The notes under the pieces: model-generated
Databases searched by the model: none
Told to the model about the DNA's origin: nothing
The model's input: only the letters and a program-made list of their open reading frames with translations
Shown here: positions 1 through 9,005 of the stretch, in pieces
How positions within the stretch are numbered: the first letter of the stretch is position 1
How the letters are laid out: each line of letters starts with the position of its first letter
Source: Acidimicrobiales bacterium
Lineage (GTDB): Bacteria > Actinomycetota > Acidimicrobiia > Acidimicrobiales > CATQHL01
Assembly (NCBI GenBank): GCA_963664235.1
Contig: OY760933.1
Coordinates: 3,035,419 to 3,099,418 of the forward strand
DNA: 64,000 bases
Direction of reading: 5' to 3'
Program-made: the position numbers and the translations under genes

Positions 1-1069
1 TGCGCACAGCGGTGAATTGCGCGGCCAGGTGCTCCACGGTGGCCTGCTGCGCGGGCGGCCGGGGTTCTACATCCCCGCCGACCGGCTCAGCCTCACCACA
101 CCCACCGAGACGGACCTCCGCTACGCAGAGGCACTCACCGAGGTTGGAGTGGACTTCATCGGCATGTCGTTCGTGCGAGGGGCGGAGGACCTTCACACCC
201 TGGGAACCGCGGCACCCCCGGAAGGGCCGCTGCTGATCGCCAAGATCGAGACTCGTCCCGCGGTCGAGAACATCGACGCCATCATCAACGCGGCCGACGC
301 CGTGATGGTGGCCCGGGGCGACCTGGGCATCGAGATCCCGATCGAGAACCTGCCGCACCTGCAGAAGGACATCATCCGGCGCTGCATCGCCGGCGGCCGT
401 CCGGCCATAACCGCCACCCAGATGCTGGAGTCCATGATCGACTCGCCGGTGCCGACCCGCGCCGAGGCGTCCGACGTTGCCAACGCCGTCTTCGACGGCT
501 CCAGCGCCGTCATGCTGTCCGCGGAGACAGCCATCGGCGCCGACCCGGTACACGTCGTCACCACGATGGCGCGGATCGCCCAGGAGGCCGATCTCCGCTT
601 CGACCACATCAGCTGGGCGCAGAACATTACGCAGCTGCACATGATCAACCCGGACCAAGCGTCGCTGTCGGTCACCGACGCGATGACGACCGCTGCCTCA
701 CGAGTCGTCGAGGAGGTCGACCTGGCGGCACTCATCTGCGTGTCCGGCAGCGGCTTCACGGTCCGTTCCATGGCGCGGTTCCGGCCACGCGTCCCGGTGC
801 TCGGCTTCAGTGCCGATCCCCGGACGGTGCGCCAGTTGACGCTGAGTTGGGGCGTAGAACCCATCTGCCTTGCCAGCGAGACCGCCTACGAGTCACGGGT
901 GGCCGACGCCGTCGAGGCGGCAACGGAGTCGGGGCACGTTCGCGGCGGTGATCTCGTCGCCGTTCTCGCCGGCATCAATCCGGCGAGTCGCAGCACCGAC
1001 GTGTTGCGACTCGTCCGCGTGCCCGGAGACCTGCGAGAACTCCGTCGCTCCCCGCAGCCGGCGCGATAA
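1..1069 (+). CDS. pyk: pyruvate kinase, 5' end outside window
   Basis: ORF 17..1069 carries pyruvate kinase motifs (IAKIETRPAVENID, MVARGDLGIEIP, ATQMLESM, MLSAETAIG) followed by the C-terminal regulatory domain. There is no credible start inside the window. Confidence 0.9.
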   Translation, partial: AHSGELRGQVLHGGLLRGRPGFYIPADRLSLTTPTETDLRYAEALTEVGVDFIGMSFVRGAEDLHTLGTAAPPEGPLLIAKIETRPAVENIDAIINAADAVMVARGDLGIEIPIENLPHLQKDIIRRCIAGGRPAITATQMLESMIDSPVPTRAEASDVANAVFDGSSAVMLSAETAIGADPVHVVTTMARIAQEADLRFDHISWAQNITQLHMINPDQASLSVTDAMTTAASRVVEEVDLAALICVSGSGFTVRSMARFRPRVPVLGFSADPRTVRQLTLSWGVEPICLASETAYESRVADAVEAATESGHVRGGDLVAVLAGINPASRSTDVLRLVRVPGDLRELRRSPQPAR

Positions 1070-1159
1070 TGCGGGCGACAGTCCAATGAACCGGGGGAGA
1101 ACCGCTACCGGCGCGCCCCGGTTCGAGGCCCACCGAAACCCGGCAAGCAAGGAGCGCAC

Positions 1160-1606
1160 GTGAGCGACGTCCCAATCTCGCTGAGCCCGTCAGGGCCGCC
1201 GGAGACGGTGCTGGACCCCGAACCCACCGAGGCGCTGACCCGCCTGGCGCGTGCGTTGGCCGCTCCTGCGGCGGAGAGGCACTCTCTTATCAGCGATGTC
1301 GTCTCTCGCTGGCCCCAGTTCCTGGAAGGCTGGGCTCGGCTGGGCCAGGAGGCCCGGGACAGGGTGGAGGCCTACGCCTGCTTCCGTGTCGGCTATCACC
1401 GCGGCCTGGACCGGCTCCGTCGCAGCGGTTGGCGCGGTTCGGGGTACGTGCGCTGGGAGCACCCGCACAATCGCGGGTTCCTGCTGGCGCTGGCAGGTCT
1501 GGCGCGCACCGCCGCGGAACTGGGGGAGCAGGAGGAGGCTCACCGATGCGAGCAGTTCCTCATGCAGCTGGATCCCCAATGGTCGCCGGAGCGGTTCGAT
1601 TCCTGA
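1160..1606 (+). CDS. DUF3151 family protein
   Basis: 148 aa with a GTG start. The core YHRGLDRLRRSGWRGSGYVRWEHPHNRGFLLAL matches my memory of the actinobacterial DUF3151 signature. Confidence 0.7.
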   Translation: MSDVPISLSPSGPPETVLDPEPTEALTRLARALAAPAAERHSLISDVVSRWPQFLEGWARLGQEARDRVEAYACFRVGYHRGLDRLRRSGWRGSGYVRWEHPHNRGFLLALAGLARTAAELGEQEEAHRCEQFLMQLDPQWSPERFDS

Positions 1607-1634
1607 GGGTCCGGCGACGAAATTCAGCGGCGCC

Positions 1635-2270
1635 GTGCTCGCCGGCGGCAACAGCAGCCGCATGGGCCAGGACAAGGCCTTCGCGTCTTTCGAAGGGCGC
1701 CCCCTGGCCGAGATCGCTCGCGCTGCCCTCGCCGAAGCCGGGGCAGTCGAACTGCTGAGCATCGGTGGCGACGAGCCTCGCCTCGCCGGGCTGGGTTTCA
1801 GGGCGATACGCGACGACGACGCCGGTGAAGGTCCGCTGGGTGGGCTGCTCACGGCGCTCCGGTCGGCGGCGGGGGAGTGGGTCGCCGTCCTGGCGTGTGA
1901 CCTGCCTCGTGCCAGCGCCGGGACAGTGCGCGAGCTGCTGAGGCACACCGGCGAGGACATCGACGCAGTGGTGCCGCTGCTGGGCGGTCGCCCGCAGCCG
2001 GCCCACGCCGTGTGGCGGCGCGAATGCCTCCACGCCCTCGAGCCACTCTTCACTGCGGGGGAACGCCGGCTGCGCGCCGCGGTGGACCACGTCCGCGCGC
2101 GGCTGGTGACCGTGCACGACCCGACCACCCTGCAGGACGCCGACACGCCGCATGACCTGCGCTCGTTGACGCCGGCTGCAGCGCCGAACGCACCGCCGGC
2201 ACCAGAAGCGGCAGATGGCAAATCCGATCCTGCCAGAGCCGCTTCGGGCTCCTTGCAGCTCGGCGTGTGA
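1635..2270 (+). CDS. mobA: molybdenum cofactor guanylyltransferase MobA-like (start uncertain)
   Basis: In the 1251..2270 frame, homology begins near 1620 with the nucleotide-binding motif VLAGGNSSRMGQDK and later LACDLP. The first usable in-frame start is GTG 1635 (ATT at 1599 is an alternative). The upstream part of the ORF overlaps DUF3151 and looks non-coding. Confidence 0.65.
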   Translation: MLAGGNSSRMGQDKAFASFEGRPLAEIARAALAEAGAVELLSIGGDEPRLAGLGFRAIRDDDAGEGPLGGLLTALRSAAGEWVAVLACDLPRASAGTVRELLRHTGEDIDAVVPLLGGRPQPAHAVWRRECLHALEPLFTAGERRLRAAVDHVRARLVTVHDPTTLQDADTPHDLRSLTPAAAPNAPPAPEAADGKSDPARAASGSLQLGV

Positions 2271-3444
2271 TGGACGGAGCCGACTACTGAGCGACTACGA
2301 ACTGGTGGACCACGAGGCGCGCCTCGTCGAACTCGTCGCCGAGGCTTGCGACGCACCGAGTTACGCGCTCGACACCGAGTTTCACCGTGAACAGACCTAC
2401 TACCCACGCCTCGGCCTGGTGCAACTGGCCTGGGCGGACCGGGTGATCCTCCTCGACCCGCTCGCCGCCTCGTTGGAACCCCTGGGAGCGCTGCTCGACA
2501 GCTCGGCCACAGCGGTCATGCATGCTCCCGACCAGGACCTCGAGATCCTGCGTCATGTAGTCGGCCGGGTACCGGCGCGCCTCGTCGACACGCAGACGGC
2601 GGCCGGATTCTGCGGGATGCGCTCCGCATCGCTGCGTGACCTGCTCGCCCGGTTCCTCGATATCGACGTTGCCAAGGGCGACCGGCTCACCGACTGGCTG
2701 AGACGGCCCCTCCGGCCGCAACAACTCGAGTACGCGGCCGGCGACGTGCTCCACCTGCCGGCCCTGTGGGCGGCCCTCCGCGACCGCCTGAACGACCGTG
2801 GCCGGTTGGGGTGGTGCGAGGAGGAATGCGAGCGATTGCGTATCCGACAATCGGCGTCGCGCCGGCCGGAGGACGCCTGGCAGCGGGTGCGGGAGCTCCG
2901 CAGGCTGCCACGGCGATCCCAGCCGTTGGCGATCGCGGTGGCGGCTTGGCGCGAGCGTCGCGCCGCGCGACTGGATCTCCCGGCTCGCTTCGTGCTCAGC
3001 GATCTGGCGTTGGCGGCGGTCGTGCAGGCCTCGCCGGCCTCCCAGGCCGCGCTCGCTGCGGTGCGCGGGGTGGACGCTCGAGCCATGTCCTCCGGCACGG
3101 GAACAGAACTGCTGGAGGTCATCTCCGAGGCTCGGCGCAACCCACCGCGGGTGCCCCGGAACTCGAAGGGTCCCGACAGGTCACACCTCCAGCCCGTCGT
3201 CGCTCTGGTGTCCGCCTGGCTCTCCCAGGTCGCCCGGGATGATCGCTTGGACCCCGCGCTCGTCGCTACCCGGGCCGATCTGGCCGCGTTCTTGGAGGGG
3301 GAGCCGGGGGCGCGGCTCGCCACCGGCTGGCGTTACGAGCGCTACGGCTCCCGGGTTGAGGAGTTGATGACCGGCAAGGCGGCGGTGGCGCTGGAGCCGG
3401 AGGGCAAGCTGCGTATCGAGCAACGATCCGGGCTTCCGCTCTGA
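2215..3444 (+). CDS. rnd: ribonuclease D (DEDDy 3'-5' exonuclease + HRDC domain)
   Basis: Exo motifs are present: ALDTEFHRE, QLA..DRVILLDPL, DQDLEIL and YAAGDVLHL. The C-terminal HRDC-like region is helix-rich. The start may lie downstream of ATG 2215, which overlaps the mobA end. Confidence 0.8.
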   Translation: MANPILPEPLRAPCSSACDGRSRLLSDYELVDHEARLVELVAEACDAPSYALDTEFHREQTYYPRLGLVQLAWADRVILLDPLAASLEPLGALLDSSATAVMHAPDQDLEILRHVVGRVPARLVDTQTAAGFCGMRSASLRDLLARFLDIDVAKGDRLTDWLRRPLRPQQLEYAAGDVLHLPALWAALRDRLNDRGRLGWCEEECERLRIRQSASRRPEDAWQRVRELRRLPRRSQPLAIAVAAWRERRAARLDLPARFVLSDLALAAVVQASPASQAALAAVRGVDARAMSSGTGTELLEVISEARRNPPRVPRNSKGPDRSHLQPVVALVSAWLSQVARDDRLDPALVATRADLAAFLEGEPGARLATGWRYERYGSRVEELMTGKAAVALEPEGKLRIEQRSGLPL

Positions 3445-3484
3445 GCAGCACGGGCCGCGGTCGCGGCAGCTCCGTCAGAGCCCT

Positions 3485-3500
3485 GCCCCGTGTCCGGGGC
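3485..3500 (+). terminator. GC hairpin downstream of rnd (possible intrinsic terminator)
   Basis: Perfect 6-bp stem GCCCCG-tgtc-CGGGGC lies 40 nt after the rnd stop. There is no U-tract. Confidence 0.2.
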
Positions 3501-3641
3501 ACATGCCGGAGATGGACGGGAGTACCGCACTAAGATGCTCAATCCCGCGAGAACGTGCGGTGGTAACGGCGTTTCTCGCCAACAGACAGAGCTGGACGCC
3601 GGAGATGCGGCGCTCGGCCCAGCGAGTTCGGAGTTCTGCTT

Positions 3642-3806
3642 GTGAAGAAGGGACGCCACCGGCGCTACGAGGAAGCCCGCGCTCTGAAGCAGACCAGCGA
3701 CGGTTTCGATGAACTCTTTGAGGACGACGAAGAGCCCTGCCCCGAGTGTGAGGCACTCCCGGGCCACGACCACCGGTCGTGGTGTGCGCACAGTTCCGAC
3801 GCCTAG
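3642..3806 (+). CDS. possible small protein (54 aa, basic N-terminus, Cys/His-rich C-terminus)
   Basis: GTG-started ORF not on the supplied track because it is under 60 aa: VKKGRHRRYEEARALKQTSDGFDELFEDDEEPCPECEALPGHDHRSWCAHSSDA. A GGAG lies about 10 nt upstream. It sits in an otherwise empty 440-bp gap. Confidence 0.25.
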   Translation: MKKGRHRRYEEARALKQTSDGFDELFEDDEEPCPECEALPGHDHRSWCAHSSDA

Positions 3807-3886
3807 CGCCCGACGGCCGGCCACCGACTCGTTGAGCGAGGCGTAACGCCCCTGAGCGAGGCGTTGCCGGACCCGCCCGGTGCCCC

Positions 3887-5644
3887 TCAGCCGCCGGTTT
3901 CCTCCAGGATCTCGTCGAGCTTCAGAATGTCGTCCTCCAGCACGAGGCCGACGAACGAACCGTCGGCGGTCACGACGGCCAGCATCTCGACGTCCGCCTT
4001 GTCCATCGCCGCCACGGCATCGCGGAGGGTCCAGGAGGGGTTCGCCACCGGGAGGTCCATCGCGGCCATCTCCCCGACGGTTCTGGACTCCCATTCGCTC
4101 CGCGGCAGGTCGCCGATCTGATCCAGACCGCACATCCCGGCATAGCGGCGCCCCTCCACCACCGCCACCTCACGCTCGCGCCGGCCGAGGACGTGCATGG
4201 TCATCAACTCCGAGATCGTCGCATCGGGTGGAACGGTGAGGACGTCGGTCCGGAGCACCGAGGTGATCGGCAGCATGAAGCGGCGCTCGAGGTGTCCGAG
4301 GCGTTCGGCAGCCTGGTGGGACGAAACGCTGGCCCGACCCGCCACCAGTTGCGCCACCGCCGCCGCCACAAGTGCCGGTACCACGAATGCGGAGCCCTGG
4401 CTGGACTCGGCCACGAACATGACCGCGGCGATAGGCGCGCGGTACCCCGCGCCCAGGAACGCAGCGAGTCCGAGCGTCGGATACAGACCGGTCTCGCTGT
4501 GGTCCAGCAGAATCCCTACCACCGTCCCCATCAACACGCCCTGGACGGCAAGGGGGATGAACAATCCTCCTGTACCGCCCGCCGCCACCGTCGCCAGCGT
4601 GGCCACGATCCGGATCCCGAACAGCGCCACAATGAGCCAGACCCCCCGGGGCACATCGAGCACCCACTCGGCGGAGCGCACGCCGGGCCCCAAGCTCAGC
4701 GGCGCCCCGAAGAGCGCGTTCGTGGCGAATGCCAACCCGCAGAGCAGGCCTCCGGTGGCAAAGATGCGGGGCACCGGCCCGAAGCGGGCCGGCAGGGCCT
4801 TGCCCCAACGGACGAGCGCCGAGAACCCCCGCCCTCCCAGTCCCGCGGTGACACCCACGAGTGCGCCACCCAACAGGTCGACGATCGCCAGAGTCCGCAC
4901 GTCTCCCGCCAGACCGGGAAAGACCGGACTGGTGTCGCCCAACACGACGGCGAACATCAAGAAACTGACGGCCGAGGCCACCAGCGAGGGCAGTAGCGCC
5001 CGGCGCGTCACGTCGTCCCGGTACGGGGCCTCCAGAGCGAAGATGACGCCCGTGGCCGGCGCTCGGAAGATCGCCGCCACGCCGGCGGCGGCACCGGCGG
5101 TGAGCAGCATCTGTATCTCCTCGCGGCGCAGGAAGCGCTGCAGCACGCGTTGCAGGTTGTGGGCCACGGAGGCTCCCGCGTAGATCGACGGGCCCTCCAT
5201 CCCCAGTGCCCCGCCACAACCGATCGTCGCGGCTCCCGCAAGCAGCTTTGCGGGAAGCTGGCGCAGGGGCAGCCGCGGCGAGCGCTCGTGAAACGCCTTG
5301 ATGTACTCGTCGGAAGTGGCCGGCGTGGTTCCCCGTCCTCCCACGAGGCGCAGCAGCAGCGCCGCCGCGCAGAGCCCGACGAGCGGTCCGAGAGCCTGCT
5401 GCCACAGCGGCAACTCGAAGAGCCTCTCCAGCATGATCTCGACGACGACCTGCTCGAAGAGCGCCACCAGCAGGCCGACACCAACACCCACACCGACCGC
5501 CGCGCCGAGCACGCGCGGCAGGCGGCCGGCCGGCCGGAACGAGCGGAGAAAGCGCACCGGAGGCGAGGCTACCGGGCTCGCTCGCCGACGCTGAGAATCA
5601 TCGGTGCACCACCCCGTCCTTGCGCCGTCGCCGCGACCCGCCAC
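3887..5644 (-). CDS. ClC-type voltage-gated chloride channel/antiporter with C-terminal CBS pair
   Basis: ClC selectivity motifs GCGGALGMEGP and GGTGGLFIPL are present with about 10 hydrophobic helices. The C-terminal 140 aa has CBS-pair character. The start could be downstream of 5644. Confidence 0.85.
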   Translation of the reverse strand: MAGRGDGARTGWCTDDSQRRRASPVASPPVRFLRSFRPAGRLPRVLGAAVGVGVGVGLLVALFEQVVVEIMLERLFELPLWQQALGPLVGLCAAALLLRLVGGRGTTPATSDEYIKAFHERSPRLPLRQLPAKLLAGAATIGCGGALGMEGPSIYAGASVAHNLQRVLQRFLRREEIQMLLTAGAAAGVAAIFRAPATGVIFALEAPYRDDVTRRALLPSLVASAVSFLMFAVVLGDTSPVFPGLAGDVRTLAIVDLLGGALVGVTAGLGGRGFSALVRWGKALPARFGPVPRIFATGGLLCGLAFATNALFGAPLSLGPGVRSAEWVLDVPRGVWLIVALFGIRIVATLATVAAGGTGGLFIPLAVQGVLMGTVVGILLDHSETGLYPTLGLAAFLGAGYRAPIAAVMFVAESSQGSAFVVPALVAAAVAQLVAGRASVSSHQAAERLGHLERRFMLPITSVLRTDVLTVPPDATISELMTMHVLGRREREVAVVEGRRYAGMCGLDQIGDLPRSEWESRTVGEMAAMDLPVANPSWTLRDAVAAMDKADVEMLAVVTADGSFVGLVLEDDILKLDEILEETGG

Positions 5645-5664
5645 GGCGCGGGCAGACTGCCGGT

Positions 5665-5886
5665 GTGAGCGACATCGACGACGCCCTCGAGGACCTGGCC
5701 GAGCGGCTCGCCGGGATCGCAGCGGACATGGACGACCTGGGTTTCGAGTACCTGCGGGCGGCCGCAGCAGGTGGTGATCCCACTCACCTGGCGGTTGAGC
5801 GACGGCTTCTCAAGGCCCGCCGGGCGGTCGCCAGGGCGGTCGCAGCGCTGCAGCCGCGCCCCTCAGACGACCCGACGACCCTCTGA
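5665..5886 (+). CDS. hypothetical small acidic protein
   Basis: In the 5620..5886 frame, GTG 5665 avoids overlap with the divergent ClC gene. No recognisable motif. Confidence 0.3.
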   Translation: MSDIDDALEDLAERLAGIAADMDDLGFEYLRAAAAGGDPTHLAVERRLLKARRAVARAVAALQPRPSDDPTTL

Positions 5887-5899
5887 GGACTCCGGCCGC

Positions 5900-6994
5900 T
5901 CAGGCGGTGAGTTCGGCGGCGCGTCCCGCGAGGGTCTCCAGCAACTCGTCGAAGGACTTGGCGAATGCCGCCACTCCCTCGGACTCGAGAACCTCGGCCA
6001 CCGCTGCGAGATCCACCCCCACTTCAGCGAGATCCTCCAGGTCCGCGGCGGCCCGGTCCAAGTCGGCATCGATCGTGCGCCGCACCGTGCCGTGATCCTC
6101 GAACGCCTCGAGAGTTGCCTCGGGCAAGGTGTTCACCGTGTCGGGTCCGATCAGGTTGTCCACATACAGCGTGTCGGGGTAAGCGGGGTTCTTCGTCGAG
6201 GTCGAGGCCCAGAGGGGACGCTGCAGGCGGGCGCCGCGGGCGCTGAGGGCCTCCCAGCGCGGCCCGGAGAAGCAGCGCCGGAAGATGTCGTACGCCAGCT
6301 TCGCCTGCGCCACCGCGATCCGGCCACCCAGCGCCCGGGCAGCGGGGGTGCCCACGGCCTCCAGGCGCCTGTCGACCTCGGTGTCCACCCGGCTCACGAA
6401 GAACGAGGCCACCCCTGAGATGCCGCTCAGATCACCCGGGCGGCTCTCGAGTCCCGCCAGGTATGCCTCGATCACATCCTCGTAACGCTGGAGGGAGAAG
6501 ATGAGCGTGACGTTGATGCTGTGGCCCTCGGCGGTGAGCGTTCGCAGGGCGTCGACGCCGGCGGCGGTGGCCGGCACCTTCACGTACAGGTTGGGGGCGT
6601 CGATCCGGGCGTGGAGCTCCCGGGCCGCGCCGGTGGTGGCCACGGCGTCGTGTGCGAGTTCGGGGGCCACCTCCACCGACACGTAGCCGTCGGTGCCGGC
6701 GCTGCTGTCGTACACGGGACGCAGCACGGCCAGCGCGGCACTGATATCGCTGGTCACGAGGTGCCAGTAGCTCTCCTCAGTGCCCGTGCCTCCCGCGGTC
6801 AACTCCGCCAGGTCGCCGTCATAGGCGTCGCCGGAGGTCATCGCCTTCTGGAAGATCGTGGGGTTGGACGTGATGCCGCGACAGCCGCGCTCCACCCAGC
6901 GGTTCAGCTCACCGCCGGTGATCCAGCTGCGCTTCAGATTGTCCAGCCAGGGACTCTGCCGCCCCACCTCGTGGAGTTCGACCAACCTGCTCAT
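5900..6994 (-). CDS. tal: transaldolase
   Basis: Motifs SPWLDNLKR, GITSNPTIF, YVSVEV, NLYVKVPAT and SINVTLIFS are present. ATG 6994 is preceded by AGGGAG. The longer ORF to 7069 would overlap tkt. Confidence 0.9.
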   Translation of the reverse strand: MSRLVELHEVGRQSPWLDNLKRSWITGGELNRWVERGCRGITSNPTIFQKAMTSGDAYDGDLAELTAGGTGTEESYWHLVTSDISAALAVLRPVYDSSAGTDGYVSVEVAPELAHDAVATTGAARELHARIDAPNLYVKVPATAAGVDALRTLTAEGHSINVTLIFSLQRYEDVIEAYLAGLESRPGDLSGISGVASFFVSRVDTEVDRRLEAVGTPAARALGGRIAVAQAKLAYDIFRRCFSGPRWEALSARGARLQRPLWASTSTKNPAYPDTLYVDNLIGPDTVNTLPEATLEAFEDHGTVRRTIDADLDRAAADLEDLAEVGVDLAAVAEVLESEGVAAFAKSFDELLETLAGRAAELTA

Positions 6995-7007
6995 GACGCT
7001 TCTCCCT

Positions 7008-9005
7008 TCAGCAGCAGCCGGTGGGCTGTTGCGCCTCTCCGAGCAACTCCCGGGCTGCCGCCACGACACGATCGGGGTTCATGCCCAGCTCGGCCAGGAC
7101 GACGTTTCCGGGCGCGGATGCGCCGAATCGGTCGACCCCCAGCGCACGGTCAACCCAGCGTTCCCAACCCTGGGTGACACCCGCCTCGGTCGCCAGCGAG
7201 GGCCGGTCGGGTGGAATCACTGTTTCCCGGTACGTGGCCGGCTGCGCGGCGAACAGCTCCCAGCAGGGCATGGAGACCACCGCCGCGGCAATGCCTTCGG
7301 TCCTGAGAAGTTCGGCCGCGCTGACGCACAGCGCAACCTCGCTGCCCGAACCCACGAGCGTCAACGCCGCTCCGGAAGGTTCGCTGAGGACGTAGGCGCC
7401 ACGGTCAACCCCCTCGGGGGTGGTTCCCGGCAGCACCGGAGTTCCCTGTCGGGTCAAGATGAGCGCGGTCGGGCCATCGCAGTCCAGCGCGACACGCCAG
7501 GCACCGAGAGTCTCCGGCGCATCCGCCGGGCGGATGACCGTCAGGTCCGGGATGGCCCGCAGGGCCGCCACGTGTTCCACCGGCTGGTGCGTGGGCCCGT
7601 CCTCGCCGACGCCCAGGGAGTCGTGTGACCAGCAGAACACGGCCCTGGTTCCCGACAGGGCCGCCAGGCGCACCGCCGGGCGCATGTAGTCGCTGAAGAC
7701 CAGGAAGGTACCGCCGACCGGCAGCAGGCCACCGTGGCGGGCGATCCCCACCATCGCCGAACCCATGGCGTGCTCACGCACGCCGTAGAACACCTGGCGC
7801 CCGTCGCCGGCCTCGCGGCTCAGCGGGGTCTCGGCGGTCAGCTTCGTGCCGGTGTTCCCTGTCAGGTCGGCACCGCCGGCCAGCACGTGGTCCATGGCGG
7901 TCGCGACGGCGTTGAGGCACGCGCCACTGGCCGCGCGCGTCGCCACGGAGGTTCCCACCTCCCAGGGCCCGAGGCCGTCATCCCAGCCCTCCGGGGGTCG
8001 GGCCGCCCAAAGGCCGGGTAGGTCCGGGCGGGCTCCGGAGGCCTCGGCCCAGCGGTCCTCCCAGGCGCGGCGCGCCCCGGCTCCGCGGCGACCGACCGCG
8101 CGGTAGTACTCCAGCACATCGTCGGGCACCCAGAACCGCTCGGTGGGCGGCAACCCCATCACGGCCTTGGCAGCCGCGATCTCGTCGTCCCCCAGGGCGT
8201 AGCCGTGAGCCGCCGGCGCGTCGGTGAGCTCGGGGGAGGGGTGGGCTATGTGGCTGCGCAGTACGAGCAGCGAGGGGGCCTCGGTCGTCATGGCGCGACG
8301 CAACGCCGCTTCGAGCGCATCGAGATCCTCGGCCACCTCGCCCAGGGTCTCGACGTGCCAGCCGTAGGCCGCGAAACGGCCGGCGGCGTCGTCGGAGAGC
8401 CATAGATCGGTCTCGCCGTCGATGGACACCCGGTTGTCGTCGTACACGTAGACGAGGCGGCCCAGACCCAGATGCCCTGCCATGGACGCCGCCTCGTGGC
8501 TCACCCCTTCCGCGAGGTCGCCGTCACTGCAGATCACGAAGGTGTGGTGATCACAGAGTCCGGGGCCGTAGCGGGTGCGCAACCAGCGCTCGGCCAGCCC
8601 CATCCCCACGGCGTTGGCGAAGCCTTGGCCGAGCGGGCCGGTAGTGACCTCCACGCCGATCGCGGTCTCGGCCTCGGGGTGCCCCGGAGTGCGGCTGCCC
8701 CACTGCCGGAAGGCCTTCAGGTCGTCCAAGGAGAGGTCGTAGCCACAGAGGTAGGCCATGCTGTAGAGGAGGATCGAGGCGTGTCCGGCACTCAGCACGA
8801 ACCGGTCCCGGTCGGGCCAGTCGGGAGCCGCCGGGTCGTAGGTCATGATCCGGCTCCACAGCACGTGCGCCAGCGGAGCCAGAGCCATGGCGGTGCCCTG
8901 ATGGCCTGAGCGAGCCGCGTGGGGCGCATCCATGGCCAGCGCCCGGACCACGTCGATGGCGCGCCGTTCGAGAGCGAGGTCGCGGGCGAGATTCCCGCTG
9001 CTCAC
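7008..9005 (-). CDS. tkt: transketolase
   Basis: 665 aa carrying SGHQGTAMALAPL, the TPP-binding GDGDLAEG, and GEDGPTHQPVEH. The GTG start overlaps the upstream stop as GTGA. Confidence 0.95.
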   Translation of the reverse strand: MSSGNLARDLALERRAIDVVRALAMDAPHAARSGHQGTAMALAPLAHVLWSRIMTYDPAAPDWPDRDRFVLSAGHASILLYSMAYLCGYDLSLDDLKAFRQWGSRTPGHPEAETAIGVEVTTGPLGQGFANAVGMGLAERWLRTRYGPGLCDHHTFVICSDGDLAEGVSHEAASMAGHLGLGRLVYVYDDNRVSIDGETDLWLSDDAAGRFAAYGWHVETLGEVAEDLDALEAALRRAMTTEAPSLLVLRSHIAHPSPELTDAPAAHGYALGDDEIAAAKAVMGLPPTERFWVPDDVLEYYRAVGRRGAGARRAWEDRWAEASGARPDLPGLWAARPPEGWDDGLGPWEVGTSVATRAASGACLNAVATAMDHVLAGGADLTGNTGTKLTAETPLSREAGDGRQVFYGVREHAMGSAMVGIARHGGLLPVGGTFLVFSDYMRPAVRLAALSGTRAVFCWSHDSLGVGEDGPTHQPVEHVAALRAIPDLTVIRPADAPETLGAWRVALDCDGPTALILTRQGTPVLPGTTPEGVDRGAYVLSEPSGAALTLVGSGSEVALCVSAAELLRTEGIAAAVVSMPCWELFAAQPATYRETVIPPDRPSLATEAGVTQGWERWVDRALGVDRFGASAPGNVVLAELGMNPDRVVAAARELLGEAQQPTGCC

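Noticed and set aside
1585-1605. tRNA T-loop-like string GGTTCGATTCC
   Set aside because: It lies inside the DUF3151 coding sequence (..ERFDS). The flanks cannot form acceptor, D or anticodon arms.
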